From an uncultured Bdellovibrionales bacterium (lineage in GTDB: Bacteria; Patescibacteriota; Minisyncoccia; Moranbacterales; UBA2206): DNA of 64,000 bases. Shown in pieces: positions 48,324-60,043 of the stretch; the first letter of the stretch is position 1; each line of letters begins with the position of its first letter. The position numbers were made by a program, and so were the translations under genes. The notes below the pieces were generated by a model. It had not been told where the DNA came from, made no database searches, and saw only the letters and a program-made list of their open reading frames with translations. The stretch is taken from positions 757 through 64,756 of the forward strand of contig CAZIFD010000003.1 in NCBI GenBank assembly GCA_964538685.1, written 5' to 3'.

Positions 48324-49106
48324 TTAAGGCTCTACATACGAATAATAAGCAATCCCCTTCTTTACAAGAGCATCCATCTGATTGCCGAAATTGAAATGCC
48401 ATATTTCTGGACCATAGCAAGTGAACTCTTCTTGCAACATTGAAAGCAACATCCTTTCTCGATTATGGCATATCTTGGCATCGTTTCCGGAAAATTTTTT
48501 CCGATTAGTTTTCAGATGATAAAAAGCTCCAGCTTCCTCTTCCATCCAGTCAAAAGGCACTCCCAGATTCACAGCTTTGGAATCCTTATACAACCAAATA
48601 TCAACGGCGCCTCCCGTAGCATGAGGACTTGGACAAGACGAATTGCTCGTTGGCCAGCTCACATAAGTTCTGTTGGCCTCAAAAAGCAATTGCCTAACAT
48701 CAAGAGAAAGGCTTTCGTAGCACTCTTTTATCTCCTTTATTAAAGTCAGGTTGGCGAATTTTTCCTTGAGATTAAACTTCTCCACGGTGAACAATTTCAT
48801 ATAAAACCAAAAGAGTTTTTCTTGAAGCTCGATAGATCTCCATCCATCATATACCATCAAATCAAAACCCTGAGATCTTAATTTTGTACGAGCAACCAGA
48901 ACTCTATCTAAAACCTCCTCGCGAAGGTAGAGCTTATCTGAATCCGTGACCTTCAAGACATTGTGATAAAAAGGAAACGCCATCTCTCCGGGAACTTCAA
49001 CAAGAGGTTGGTTGCTTTCTTTGATTAAAACCTTACGCCAGTCGCCTTTTTTATACGCCATCAGTGTGAAATATCTAGCCACCTGTAATTTTAAATAATT
49101 CAACAT
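48324..49106 (-). CDS. VanX-like D-Ala-D-Ala dipeptidase (M15 family)
   Basis: SxHxxGxAxD motif (SPHATGGAVDI), DGWRS and EIWHF motifs. Confidence 0.8.
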   Translation of the reverse strand: MLNYLKLQVARYFTLMAYKKGDWRKVLIKESNQPLVEVPGEMAFPFYHNVLKVTDSDKLYLREEVLDRVLVARTKLRSQGFDLMVYDGWRSIELQEKLFWFYMKLFTVEKFNLKEKFANLTLIKEIKECYESLSLDVRQLLFEANRTYVSWPTSNSSCPSPHATGGAVDIWLYKDSKAVNLGVPFDWMEEEAGAFYHLKTNRKKFSGNDAKICHNRERMLLSMLQEEFTCYGPEIWHFNFGNQMDALVKKGIAYYSYVEP

Positions 49107-49108
49107 TT

Positions 49109-49468
49109 CTAACCTCCTATGCCTATTTCGAAGAATCGTTCTTCTTTTATTTTTTCAACTATTCTTTTCTTATCCAAATAGCTGATAACTTCAAATGCAC
49201 GACATTTCGTATTGCGACATATAGCAGGACGATTTTCATAATCACCACACAGTCCTGTTTCTGCGTTGAATTTAGTACAGTAATACTGTTTTAACCTAAT
49301 CGTGTCAGGATTTGATTCCGGAGCCAATATCCCTTCTAATTCTATAAAAGGAAGTTTGTCTCTTTCTAAACCAATCAATCTTCTACTGTCGATTTTTACA
49401 GGATTGCAACACATGCTACATCCGAAAAGCAAGCAAATATTACCTTTATTATTAGTGTCTTTATCCAT
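49109..49468 (-). CDS. YkgJ-family Cys-cluster protein
   Basis: CxxCxxCC motif (FGCSMCCNP) plus additional C-terminal Cys residues. Confidence 0.55.
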   Translation of the reverse strand: MDKDTNNKGNICLLFGCSMCCNPVKIDSRRLIGLERDKLPFIELEGILAPESNPDTIRLKQYYCTKFNAETGLCGDYENRPAICRNTKCRAFEVISYLDKKRIVEKIKEERFFEIGIGG

Positions 49469-49639
49469 GGATACTCCTCCTATTTACATGAGATTTGTAT
49501 TTTTTGTTAAGGAACCTTATCGGTTCTTATTATATTTAATATGCCGACTACTCTAAGCATACCAGTTTACTACTTTTTTGCAAAAAGTCAACAGCTACTA
49601 TGATGATTTGCTAAATTTAAAAAGTTCCACCTTCCATAG

Positions 49640-49800
49640 CTAGTTTTTTAAGTTGTTCTTGAATTTTTTTCTATTTTCCTTTTTAAATGAGCGTGTTTAT
49701 CTTCAAATCTTTGTTGAGGATTTTTGTAATTGTAAAAAGTAGCTTTACTGATTCCGGTTAACTGACAGATGTAGTTAGTGTCTAATATCTGATTTTTGAC
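49640..49800 (-). pseudogene. Degenerate transposase HTH remnant (IS3-like OrfA fragment)
   Basis: Minus-strand translation ILDTNYICQLTGISKATFYNYKNP resembles the HTH_Tnp_1 'ISxATFYNW' region. No intact ORF. It lies in a 600-bp non-coding stretch. Confidence 0.3.
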
Positions 49801-50082
49801 TTAGTTTCTTGTAAATTGCACTAGGTCCGTATTTTGGATTCGTAAAAATCTGAAAAAAATTTTTTCCAGAAGACTCGAATCCACTTCCTTTTTGCTGATG
49901 ATTTATTATGGTTTCTTCAACCACTTTGAACTATGGCTCAACTGAAAAGAGCACATTGACAGGAAACTGTGCTGAGCATAAGACGCAAAAAAGACCTACA
50001 AAATGAGGATTAAATCAGTATCTTGATAATTGTATTTTTTTATGCTAACCTTTTGAAGTGATAGTCTTGCATTTTTATTTAT

Positions 50083-50156
50083 GGCGATTATCGTCTAACG
50101 GTTAAGACATCGGTTTGTGGTACCGAGAATCAGGGTCCGACTCCCTGTAATCGCCC
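50083..50156 (+). tRNA. tRNA-His (anticodon GUG) with G-1
   Basis: G-1:C73 pair, anticodon loop TTGTGGT and T-arm CAGGG-TCCGACT-CCCTG. Confidence 0.85.
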
Positions 50157-50204
50157 CGATATTGGCTTAATAAATAGATTTAACTCCCTTTATTTTACAA
50201 AGCC

Positions 50205-50242
50205 AATAAAAAAACAGATACTTTGAAGTGTCTGTTTTTTTT
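50205..50242. terminator. Bidirectional terminator (ACAGATAC-TTTGAA-GTGTCTGT flanked by A7/T8)
   Basis: Hairpin plus T-run on both strands. Serves tRNA-His (+) and mntH (-). Confidence 0.55.
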
Positions 50243-50249
50243 GTTAAAT

Positions 50250-51584
50250 TTATCTTAAAGAAAATATAATTGAAGCCAAGACTATGAGTGCCATAAAAAA
50301 TACCGCCATCCAACCGAAAAATTTGACCCAAGCCGGATGACGATGTTTACCCATAATTTTTGAATCATCCCCCACCACCATAATGAGAATTAGAAGTGGT
50401 AAAGCGATGATCCCGTTCAAAAAAGCGCTCCAATAGAGAGCTTGAATTGGATTAATGCCAAAAAAATTCAACAATAATCCGAAAATTATTGAAGCTATAA
50501 TAACCGCATAAAAACCTTTCGCCCGAGAAAATTTAAGTTCCAAACCTTCTTTCCAATTAAAAACTTCCGAAAGCGCATAAGCCCCTGATCCGGCCAAGAT
50601 TGGCACTGCCAAAAGTCCCGTTCCAATAATTCCCAAAGCAAAAAACAAAAAAGCATAATTTCCAGCCAAAGGTTTGAGAGCCAAAGCTGCTTGCTCGGCT
50701 GATTTAATATCAGTTATTCCGTTTTTAAAAAGTGTTTGAGCTGTCGCCACAATAATAAAGAAAAAAACTAAATTTGCTAAAACCATTCCGATACTTACAT
50801 CTTTTCTCATTTTTTTAACCTTTTTTTCAATTAAACATTTTTTCGCTCCGTCTCGCAAAAGATGATTTTCCTCCACTTCCTCCGAAGTTTGCCAGAAAAA
50901 AAGATAGGGTGTGATTGTGGTTCCAAAAACAGCGATTATAGCAAAAAGGTAATCTTTGGTTAAATGAATTTGAGGAACAAAAGAATTTTCCAACACTTCC
51001 CGCCAATCAGGTTGAACAATAATTCCAGTTAGAACATAAGCAAAAACTGAAAGCGTGAGCCATTTGAGAAATTTAACATAAGAATGATAGTGAACAAAAA
51101 TTTCAAGTAAAATTATAAGAACGGAAAAAAGAACGGCACCAAAATAAAAATGAATGCCGGTTATCATTTCAAAAGAAGCTGCCATCGCCCCCAAGTCAGC
51201 GCCAATATTGGCAATATTGGCAATTAGTAAAAAAACTACCGCCAATAAAATAACATTTTTTTTGTAATGTTTTTTAAGCACTCCGGCCAATCCTTGATTG
51301 GTTACGATTCCAATTCTGGCACACACTTCCTGAACCGCCAGCATAAAAGGAAAAAGCCAGACAGCCATCCAAAGAAGAGAAAATCCGAATTTAGCTCCCA
51401 CTGAAGAATAAGTTCCGATTCCTCCCGGATCATCATCTGACGCTCCAGTAATAAGACCCGGCCCCAAATCTTTGCTGAAATGAGCCGTCCTTTTGAAAGG
51501 ATTCCTAATGGCATAGCTGATACGACCCAATTGTTTTCTAAAAAATCCGGCTGGTTGTATTTTGTTTTTATTTTCTATTTTCAT
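50250..51584 (-). CDS. mntH: Nramp family divalent metal transporter
   Basis: DPG motif (DDDPGGIGTYS) and 11-12 TM. Confidence 0.85.
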   Translation of the reverse strand: MKIENKNKIQPAGFFRKQLGRISYAIRNPFKRTAHFSKDLGPGLITGASDDDPGGIGTYSSVGAKFGFSLLWMAVWLFPFMLAVQEVCARIGIVTNQGLAGVLKKHYKKNVILLAVVFLLIANIANIGADLGAMAASFEMITGIHFYFGAVLFSVLIILLEIFVHYHSYVKFLKWLTLSVFAYVLTGIIVQPDWREVLENSFVPQIHLTKDYLFAIIAVFGTTITPYLFFWQTSEEVEENHLLRDGAKKCLIEKKVKKMRKDVSIGMVLANLVFFFIIVATAQTLFKNGITDIKSAEQAALALKPLAGNYAFLFFALGIIGTGLLAVPILAGSGAYALSEVFNWKEGLELKFSRAKGFYAVIIASIIFGLLLNFFGINPIQALYWSAFLNGIIALPLLILIMVVGDDSKIMGKHRHPAWVKFFGWMAVFFMALIVLASIIFSLR

Positions 51585-51585
51585 C

Positions 51586-52266
51586 TCAAATAAACTGGTG
51601 AATCAATTCTTCCGCCAAAATCAAATCTTCTTTGGTGTTGATTGGATGCCAATGACTGGCTTTTTGAATTTTTATTTTATATTTATCTTTCATTTGAGCT
51701 ACTGTTTGGGGCAAACCGAATTCGCCCTTGCCAATTGAAACCAGTTCGTAGTCAAAAAATTTTTCATTTAGAACATAAACGGCCGCATTGGCCAATTTTT
51801 CTTTGCATCTTTGAGGTTTTTCAAGAATATCAACTAAATTACCATTTTTGTCAGTTTTGAGAATTCCAAATAAACTGGAGTCCGCCACTTCTTTGGCCAA
51901 AATTGAAAGATCATCCTTGAGCATTGCCTGAATATCTTTTTTTGAATACAAATCGTCTCCCATCATCACCATAAATTTCTTTTCCAAAACACTTCTGGCA
52001 GCATAAACCGCCCCGCCAGTACCATTCAAAATCGGCTGAAAGACATAAGTTATTTTTCGTCCGTCAAATTCTCGTTTGAAATGACGCATAATCTCTTCGC
52101 CATAATATCCGATCACAAAAATCACTTCGTTGATTTTTTTGGGCAACGCTTTGATTTTATATTCCAGAATCGGAACCCCCTTGATCCGAAGCATCGGTTT
52201 GGGCGCATGCGCTGTCAATTTTCCCATTCGCTTCCCCTTTCCAGCGGCTAAAATAAGTGCTTGCAT
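51586..52266 (-). CDS. Sugar-phosphate nucleotidyltransferase
   Basis: N-terminal LILAAGKGKRMG motif. Confidence 0.7.
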   Translation of the reverse strand: MQALILAAGKGKRMGKLTAHAPKPMLRIKGVPILEYKIKALPKKINEVIFVIGYYGEEIMRHFKREFDGRKITYVFQPILNGTGGAVYAARSVLEKKFMVMMGDDLYSKKDIQAMLKDDLSILAKEVADSSLFGILKTDKNGNLVDILEKPQRCKEKLANAAVYVLNEKFFDYELVSIGKGEFGLPQTVAQMKDKYKIKIQKASHWHPINTKEDLILAEELIHQFI

Positions 52267-52318
52267 CTAAGGAAATAAAAATGCAAAAATCAAATAACCC
52301 CAACTTTGACTTTTGATT

Positions 52319-54703
52319 TTAGATTACAAAATTAACCAGTTTGCCCCTAACAAAAATTACTTTTTTCAGCTCTTTGTTTGCTAATTGATTTTTAATTTTT
52401 TCCCTTGAAATAGCCTTATTTTTGGCTTCTTCTTCGGAAATTTCTACGCTAACGGTCATTTTATCTCTAACTTTTCCATTGATTTGAATCACCATTTCCA
52501 CTTCTTCATCTTGAATGAGATTTTTGTCATATTCCGGCCAAGATTCTTGAAAGATACTGGTTTCATGTCCAAGTTCAGACCACAACTCTTCAGCTAACGC
52601 TGGAAGAAAAACTGAAACCATGATAAGAAATTTCTTGAAAGTTCCGATGGATATTTTTGTAGTTCCGCTAAAAGCGTTAGTCAATTCCATAAGCTTAGCC
52701 ACGGCCGTATTATATTTCTGTTCCTCCATATCTTCTTCAATTTTCTTGATAGTTTTGTGAAGTTTTTTCAAAAGCTCTTTTTCATCATCATTTTCAATAA
52801 GCACTTTCTTGGACAAATTAAAAATTCTATCCATCCAATGACGCGTTCCGATAATTCCTTCATCGCTGAAACTTCTATCTTCGCTAAGTGGTCCCAAAAA
52901 CAGTATGTAACTCTTGAGCGCATCATAACCGACTTTTTCTCCATATTCCTCGGGGTTAATAACATTACCTTTGGACTTGCTCATTTTCTTTCCATCCTTA
53001 AGAATCATCCCGTTAGCCCTGAATTTTTTAAAAGGATTGTCAAAATCAATCAGTCCCAAGTCGTGCAATGCCATTGTAATAAAACGCGTATACATCAAAT
53101 GCAAAACGGCATGTTCATTGCCTCCGACATAAAAATCAACCGGAAACCATTTTTTCGCCAGCTTCTCATCAAAAATTCGATTTTCTTTTTGCGGAGAAAT
53201 ATAACGGAAAAAATACCAAGCTGAATCCAAAAAATTATCCATAACATCAGCTTCTCGCTCGGCGCGCCCTCCACACTTAGGACAAGTCGTTTCCATAAAA
53301 TCTTTTACCTTAGCCAAAGGTCCTCGTCCATCTCCAGCCGGTTCCCATCCTTCTTTCATTTCCGGCAAACGAACCGGCAAATCTTTTTCGGGAACGGAAA
53401 CTACTCCGCATTTTTCACAATAAACCACAGGCACTGGCGGTCCCCAATAACGCTGACGAGAGATGCACCAGTCGCGTAGTTTATAATTGGAAACTAATTC
53501 TCCGCCAACAAATTCCGTAATAGCTTTTTTCGCTTCTTCGGAAGTTAATCCGGAAAATTTATCAGAATTTATGAGACTACCTTCTCCTACAAAAACTTCC
53601 TTTTTGATATTTCCACCATTAATAACTTCTATTATTTCCAGATTAAACTTTTTGGCAAACTCAAAGTCCCGTTCATCATGGGCGGGAACGGCCATAATTG
53701 CACCAAATCCATAACCAACTAAAACATAATCAGCAATCCAAATCGGAACTTTTTTCTGATTAGCTGGATTAATTGCGTAAGCCCCTGTAAAAACCCCACT
53801 TTTTTCTTTATTCTCTTTTCTTTCTAGTTCTGATTTAGCACTTGATTCTTGGATATATTTTTCCACTGCTTCCTTTTGCTCCTCTGTTGTAATTTTATAA
53901 ATCAAGTCATGTTCTGGAGCTAAAACACAATAAGTACAACCAAAAAGAGTATCCGGTCGCGTTGTAAAAATATCAAATTCTAGAGCACTGTCAGCCACCT
54001 TAAATTTAATTTTAGCTCCTTCTGATTTTCCGATCCAATTTTTCTGAGCGCTTTTGGTAATGTCAGACCAATCCATATCTTCCAGACCATCAAGTAATCG
54101 GTCAGCATAATGAGTAATTCTAAAAAACCACTGCTTCATTTTTCTTTTTTCAGGAATACTTTTACATCTCTCACATTGCCCTCCTTCAATTTGCTCATCC
54201 GCCAAAACTGTTTTGCAACTTGGACACCAATTCAAATAGGCTTCTTTTTGGTAAGCCAAACCTTTTTCAAAAAGTTGGGTAAAAATCCACTGTGTCCATT
54301 TGTAATACTCCGGGAAAGTAGTATTAAGCTCGCGCGTCCAATCGCAACTAAGCCCCGCCGCTTGAATTTGTTTGGTAAAATTAGCCACTGTTCGCTTGAG
54401 CATTTTTTCCGGAGATTCGCCAATCTTCAAGGCATAATTTTCACTGTGAATTCCAAATGCATCCCAACCGATCGGCTCAAAAACATCAAAACCTTTCAGC
54501 TTTTTATATTTTGCCATCACATCCACGCAAGTGAAAGCGTAAAAATTGCCAATGTGAAGCCCTTCGGCACTGGGATAAGGAAACATAAATAAGGCATAAT
54601 AAGGATTCTGAGCTTTTTCTAAGTCTGGAACAAAAATCGCCTCATCTATCCATTTTTTAGCCCATTTAGCTTCTATTTCCTTGTGATTATATTTATTGCT
54701 CAT
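52319..54703 (-). CDS. leuS: Leucine--tRNA ligase
   Basis: 794 aa class I aaRS with a HIGN(HIGH) variant, KMSKS and editing (CP1) domain. Confidence 0.95.
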   Translation of the reverse strand: MSNKYNHKEIEAKWAKKWIDEAIFVPDLEKAQNPYYALFMFPYPSAEGLHIGNFYAFTCVDVMAKYKKLKGFDVFEPIGWDAFGIHSENYALKIGESPEKMLKRTVANFTKQIQAAGLSCDWTRELNTTFPEYYKWTQWIFTQLFEKGLAYQKEAYLNWCPSCKTVLADEQIEGGQCERCKSIPEKRKMKQWFFRITHYADRLLDGLEDMDWSDITKSAQKNWIGKSEGAKIKFKVADSALEFDIFTTRPDTLFGCTYCVLAPEHDLIYKITTEEQKEAVEKYIQESSAKSELERKENKEKSGVFTGAYAINPANQKKVPIWIADYVLVGYGFGAIMAVPAHDERDFEFAKKFNLEIIEVINGGNIKKEVFVGEGSLINSDKFSGLTSEEAKKAITEFVGGELVSNYKLRDWCISRQRYWGPPVPVVYCEKCGVVSVPEKDLPVRLPEMKEGWEPAGDGRGPLAKVKDFMETTCPKCGGRAEREADVMDNFLDSAWYFFRYISPQKENRIFDEKLAKKWFPVDFYVGGNEHAVLHLMYTRFITMALHDLGLIDFDNPFKKFRANGMILKDGKKMSKSKGNVINPEEYGEKVGYDALKSYILFLGPLSEDRSFSDEGIIGTRHWMDRIFNLSKKVLIENDDEKELLKKLHKTIKKIEEDMEEQKYNTAVAKLMELTNAFSGTTKISIGTFKKFLIMVSVFLPALAEELWSELGHETSIFQESWPEYDKNLIQDEEVEMVIQINGKVRDKMTVSVEISEEEAKNKAISREKIKNQLANKELKKVIFVRGKLVNFVI

Positions 54704-54781
54704 AATAGTATCTTATCCTAAAAATTGCTTTTTTTCAAGAAAAATCCCGGAGCCTCCTTTTGGCGACTCCGGGGGAAAGAA

Positions 54782-54967
54782 TTACCGATTGCAGGCTTCG
54801 CAATTTGGATATCGGTAATCCTTCATCGATCCATAATTTTCAGTACCACACTCTTTTCTTTGTTCATTAGAACAAAATTCACAAGTTCCCCGGTCACAAC
54901 CAAGTGGACGATTGCAAACGGAGCAGTAGACTATAGTCGGATTCTTTCTTACTGCGCTTGGATTCAT
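54782..54967 (-). CDS. Small Cys-rich zinc-ribbon-like protein (61 aa)
   Basis: Four CxxC/Cx4C pairs. Flanked by stem-loops at 54746-54772 and 54978-55008. Confidence 0.3.
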   Translation of the reverse strand: MNPSAVRKNPTIVYCSVCNRPLGCDRGTCEFCSNEQRKECGTENYGSMKDYRYPNCEACNR

Positions 54968-54974
54968 TTTTCCC

Positions 54975-55012
54975 TCCTTCTGGCAAACAAAAAACCGACT
55001 TTTCAGTCGGCG
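54975..55012 (-). terminator. Terminator after atpC (CCGACT-GAAA-AGTCGG plus T-run on the minus strand)
   Basis: Hairpin plus T6. Confidence 0.55.
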
Positions 55013-55152
55013 TTGGTTGCTTTTTTAAAACGAACTTTAGCAATCCAAAACTACCGACCTTGCGCCAGCATTATTATTGTTATTGTTTTGGATTGTTTGA
55101 ATTTTCATATCACCATTCTATTCTTTAACCAAAATTTGTCAATTATTTATTT

Positions 55153-55584
55153 TTAATGGCGACTGCGAAATCTTCTTGCTACTCCGATTCTGGCCAGTTC
55201 CTTTTCCAAGACTGCTGCCACTCTAGCATAATCAGAATCATCAACATTTTTCTGATTTTGAACTTCCTCAGCTCTCTTTCTGGCTTCTTCCGCTTTTTCA
55301 ATGTCAATTTCTTCCGCTCTTTCCGCTTCATCCGACAAAATCACCAGTTTGTTGTTGTGAAATTCAATAAAGCCTCCTGAAATAAAAAGACTGCTTTCTT
55401 TTTTTTCCTTGGAATCTTCTTTGAGAATCACTTCTCCCGGCTTGAGCGAAGCGATATAGGAGCGATGATTGGGCAAAATCGTCACCAAACCGTTCGCCAC
55501 CGGCAAAGTGGCTTGATAATATTCTCCGCTTATCACTGTTCTCTCCGGAGTAATAATATTAATTTGAATTATTTTTTTATCCAT
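55153..55584 (-). CDS. atpC: F-type ATP synthase epsilon subunit
   Basis: Homology plus operon position. Confidence 0.85.
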   Translation of the reverse strand: MDKKIIQINIITPERTVISGEYYQATLPVANGLVTILPNHRSYIASLKPGEVILKEDSKEKKESSLFISGGFIEFHNNKLVILSDEAERAEEIDIEKAEEARKRAEEVQNQKNVDDSDYARVAAVLEKELARIGVARRFRSRH

Positions 55585-55597
55585 AACGATTTTAGGA

Positions 55598-57080
<1,483 letters not shown>

Positions 57081-57114
57081 TAAAAAAACTAACCAGATGA
57101 ACTTCGTTGCTAAT

Positions 57115-58083
57115 TTATCCCTCCAAAGCCGCCCGACCGGCTGAAATTTCAGAAATTTCTTGGGTAATTTTGCTTTGTCTAATCTGATTATAAGCAAAAG
57201 TTAAATCGGAAACCATTTCTCCGGCCGCCTCAGTCGCATTTCTCATCGCCAACATCCGAGCTGATTCTTTGGAAGCGTTGGATTCCAGAATGGCATGAAA
57301 AATTTGCATTTCAAGCAGTCTTGGAAAAATTTCATTCAATACTGTTTCTGGACTCGGTTCAACCTTATATTCCGACTTTGGTTTATCCAATCCATATTCT
57401 TCTGCCGTTTGATCCATTTCCGCTAATTGTTTTTCAATGTCCACCTTGGAAATCGGCAATAATTGACGAATCTTGGTTTGTTGAATCATCGTTGAAACAT
57501 AGTCAGTATAAACAATCACCACTTTATCATAATTTTTGTTGAGATATTCAGCTTGAATAATTTGCACCAGAGGATAAACATCAGCAATTTTGGGAAGATA
57601 AGTCAGATTGGGAAAAGAAGCAATCAATTTTCCGGTTCCAAATTTCTTGACAATATTTTCCCCTCTTTTTCCAACGGCAATAAAATCCACTTTCAAATCT
57701 TTTCCTTTCTTCTGAGATTCTATCCTCTTGTCTCCCATTCTATTGATAGAAAGACTTTCCGGATTGTTAAGTTGTTCTTTAACTTTCTTAATCACTTGGG
57801 AATTAAAAGATCCACAAAGACCCTTGTTAGATGCCACTATGATCATCAAGACATTTTTCACTTCCCGCACTTCCAAAAGCGGAAAATCGCGTGCTCCTTT
57901 TTCAAAAGCTCTGGCCAAATTAGTTAGCACGCTCCAAGCTGTTCGGGCATAATTTCGGACCTTAAGCACTCCGTCCACCGCTCGGCGCATTTTGGCTGCC
58001 GACACCATCTCCATTGCACGCGTGATTTTCTTGGTGTTTCCAACCGACTTTATTCTTCTTTTGATTTCAAGAGTATTGGGCAT
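57115..58083 (-). CDS. atpG: F-type ATP synthase gamma subunit
   Basis: Homology plus operon position. Confidence 0.9.
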   Translation of the reverse strand: MPNTLEIKRRIKSVGNTKKITRAMEMVSAAKMRRAVDGVLKVRNYARTAWSVLTNLARAFEKGARDFPLLEVREVKNVLMIIVASNKGLCGSFNSQVIKKVKEQLNNPESLSINRMGDKRIESQKKGKDLKVDFIAVGKRGENIVKKFGTGKLIASFPNLTYLPKIADVYPLVQIIQAEYLNKNYDKVVIVYTDYVSTMIQQTKIRQLLPISKVDIEKQLAEMDQTAEEYGLDKPKSEYKVEPSPETVLNEIFPRLLEMQIFHAILESNASKESARMLAMRNATEAAGEMVSDLTFAYNQIRQSKITQEISEISAGRAALEG

Positions 58084-58088
58084 CTGAA

Positions 58089-59597
58089 TTAATTTCCATT
58101 ATTATAAATTTCATTAAAATCTTTGATGGCTTTTTCCAATTTTGCCACCAATTCATCGCTAAGTTCTTTTTCTTTCCTAATCATTTCCAAAACATCGCTT
58201 GCCTGAGCACCGAGAAAACTTTGGAAATCATCTTCCCATTTTTGAATCTTCTCAACCGGCACTTCGTCCAAAAATCCGTTTGTCAAAGCATAAATAACCG
58301 CCACCTGATTTTCAACCGCCATTGGTTCATATTGCTTCTGTTTCAAAAGCTCAACCGTTCTTTTTCCTCTCTCAATTTGCTTTCTGGTTCGCTCATCCAA
58401 GTCCGATCCGAATTGAGCAAAAGCTTCCAATTCACGGAATTGAGCCAAGTCCAATCTGAGTTTTCCAGCCACTTTTTTCATTGCTTTTATTTGAGCCGAA
58501 GAACCGACTCTGGAAACTGAAAGTCCCACATTAATAGCCGGTCGGATTCCTTTGTAAAAAAGATCTGATTCCAAATAAATTTGTCCGTCGGTGATGGAAA
58601 TCACATTGGTCGGAATGTAAGCGCTAACATCTCCGGCTTGAGTTTCAATAATCGGAAGAGCGGTAATTGACCCTCCGCCATAGGCTTCGTCCAATCTAGC
58701 ACTTCTTTCCAAAAGTCTGGAATGCAAATAAAAAATATCTCCCGGATAAGCCTCTCGTCCTGGTGGTCTTCTTAAAATCAAAGAAATTTGACGATAAGCC
58801 CAAGCGTGTTTGCTTAAATCATCATAAACAATCAAAACATCTTTTTCTTGGTCCATAAAAAATTCTCCCAAAGCACAACCGGCATAAGGAGCAATAAAAG
58901 AAAAAGCAGCTGGCTCGGATGATCCGGCTGAAACCACAATGGTGTAATCCATTGCACCTCGTTTTTTAAGCTCCGCTACAATTCTGGCTACTTTGGATTC
59001 TTTCTGACCGATGGCCACATAAACACAAATTATGTCTTGTCCTTTTTGATTAATAATCGTGTCAATTGCCACTGCTGTTTTTCCGGTTTGCCTGTCGCCG
59101 ATAATAAGTTCTCTTTGTCCTCGTCCAATCGGAATCATAGCGTCAATTGCCTTAATTCCGGTTTGCACCGGCTGAGAAACTGATTTTCTTTCAATTACGC
59201 CCGGCGCCACTTTTTCAATCGGATAAAATTTTTCCGATTCAATCTCCTCGCCTCCGTCCAAAACTTTTCCAAGCGGATTAATCACTCTTCCAATCATTTT
59301 TTCGGAAACCGGAACTGACAAAATGCGTCCGGTTGAAACTACTTTGTCGCCTTCCTTAATACCTCCGGCTTCTCCTAAAATCATCACACCCACCTGATCT
59401 TCCTCAAGGTTAAGCACCACTCCAACGGTTCCATCCGGAAATTCCACCATTTCCGAAGCCATTACTTCTCCAAGACCGTTAATTTTGACCACGCCATCTC
59501 CAACTTCAACCACTTCACCGACTTTTTCTTTACCTGCTTCATCTTTCCAGCCTTCAATTTGTTTTTTGATCTGATCAATAATGTAATTTTTGTCCAT
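58089..59597 (-). CDS. atpA: F-type ATP synthase alpha subunit
   Basis: Walker A GDRQTGKT. Confidence 0.95.
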   Translation of the reverse strand: MDKNYIIDQIKKQIEGWKDEAGKEKVGEVVEVGDGVVKINGLGEVMASEMVEFPDGTVGVVLNLEEDQVGVMILGEAGGIKEGDKVVSTGRILSVPVSEKMIGRVINPLGKVLDGGEEIESEKFYPIEKVAPGVIERKSVSQPVQTGIKAIDAMIPIGRGQRELIIGDRQTGKTAVAIDTIINQKGQDIICVYVAIGQKESKVARIVAELKKRGAMDYTIVVSAGSSEPAAFSFIAPYAGCALGEFFMDQEKDVLIVYDDLSKHAWAYRQISLILRRPPGREAYPGDIFYLHSRLLERSARLDEAYGGGSITALPIIETQAGDVSAYIPTNVISITDGQIYLESDLFYKGIRPAINVGLSVSRVGSSAQIKAMKKVAGKLRLDLAQFRELEAFAQFGSDLDERTRKQIERGKRTVELLKQKQYEPMAVENQVAVIYALTNGFLDEVPVEKIQKWEDDFQSFLGAQASDVLEMIRKEKELSDELVAKLEKAIKDFNEIYNNGN

Positions 59598-59636
59598 AGA
59601 AATTATTTTAATATATTGTATTTAAAAAAATATCAA

Positions 59637-60038
59637 TTACTTGGCAATTTGCGCTTTCAACCTCCGAACTTTTCTCACCACACTCATGTCCCACAAATCA
59701 TCACCGGCTTTTATGATTATTCCTCCCAAAATTTCCGGATTCATTTTCTGACTCAATTCTATTTTTTTTCCGGGATATTGTTTTTCCAAAAATTCCCCAA
59801 TCTTCTTGTTTGTTTCTTCCTGAACCTTTCCGAAAGTTTCTATTTCTACCGGCAATACACTTTCTTTTTCATTAAAAATTTCTTGAAAATTAGCCATAAT
59901 CCGTCCGATATCTTTCCTCCGTTTGTTTTTTTTCACCAAATTTAAAAAATTCAAAACACAAAAATCAATCTCTTTTTGGTTCTTGCCTTGAAGCGACTCA
60001 TACAACCCCTCAGCATACTGTTTGGAGCTTAGTTTCAT
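59637..60038 (-). CDS. atpH: F-type ATP synthase delta subunit (short form)
   Basis: 133 aa OSCP-like, in operon position. Confidence 0.7.
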   Translation of the reverse strand: MKLSSKQYAEGLYESLQGKNQKEIDFCVLNFLNLVKKNKRRKDIGRIMANFQEIFNEKESVLPVEIETFGKVQEETNKKIGEFLEKQYPGKKIELSQKMNPEILGGIIIKAGDDLWDMSVVRKVRRLKAQIAK

Positions 60039-60043
60039 ATTTC

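Noticed and set aside
49851-49880. Possible tRNA 3' fragment (GGAAGTGGATTCGAGTC on the minus strand)
   Set aside because: T-loop similarity is weak and there is no acceptor pairing, so it is not distinguishable from chance.
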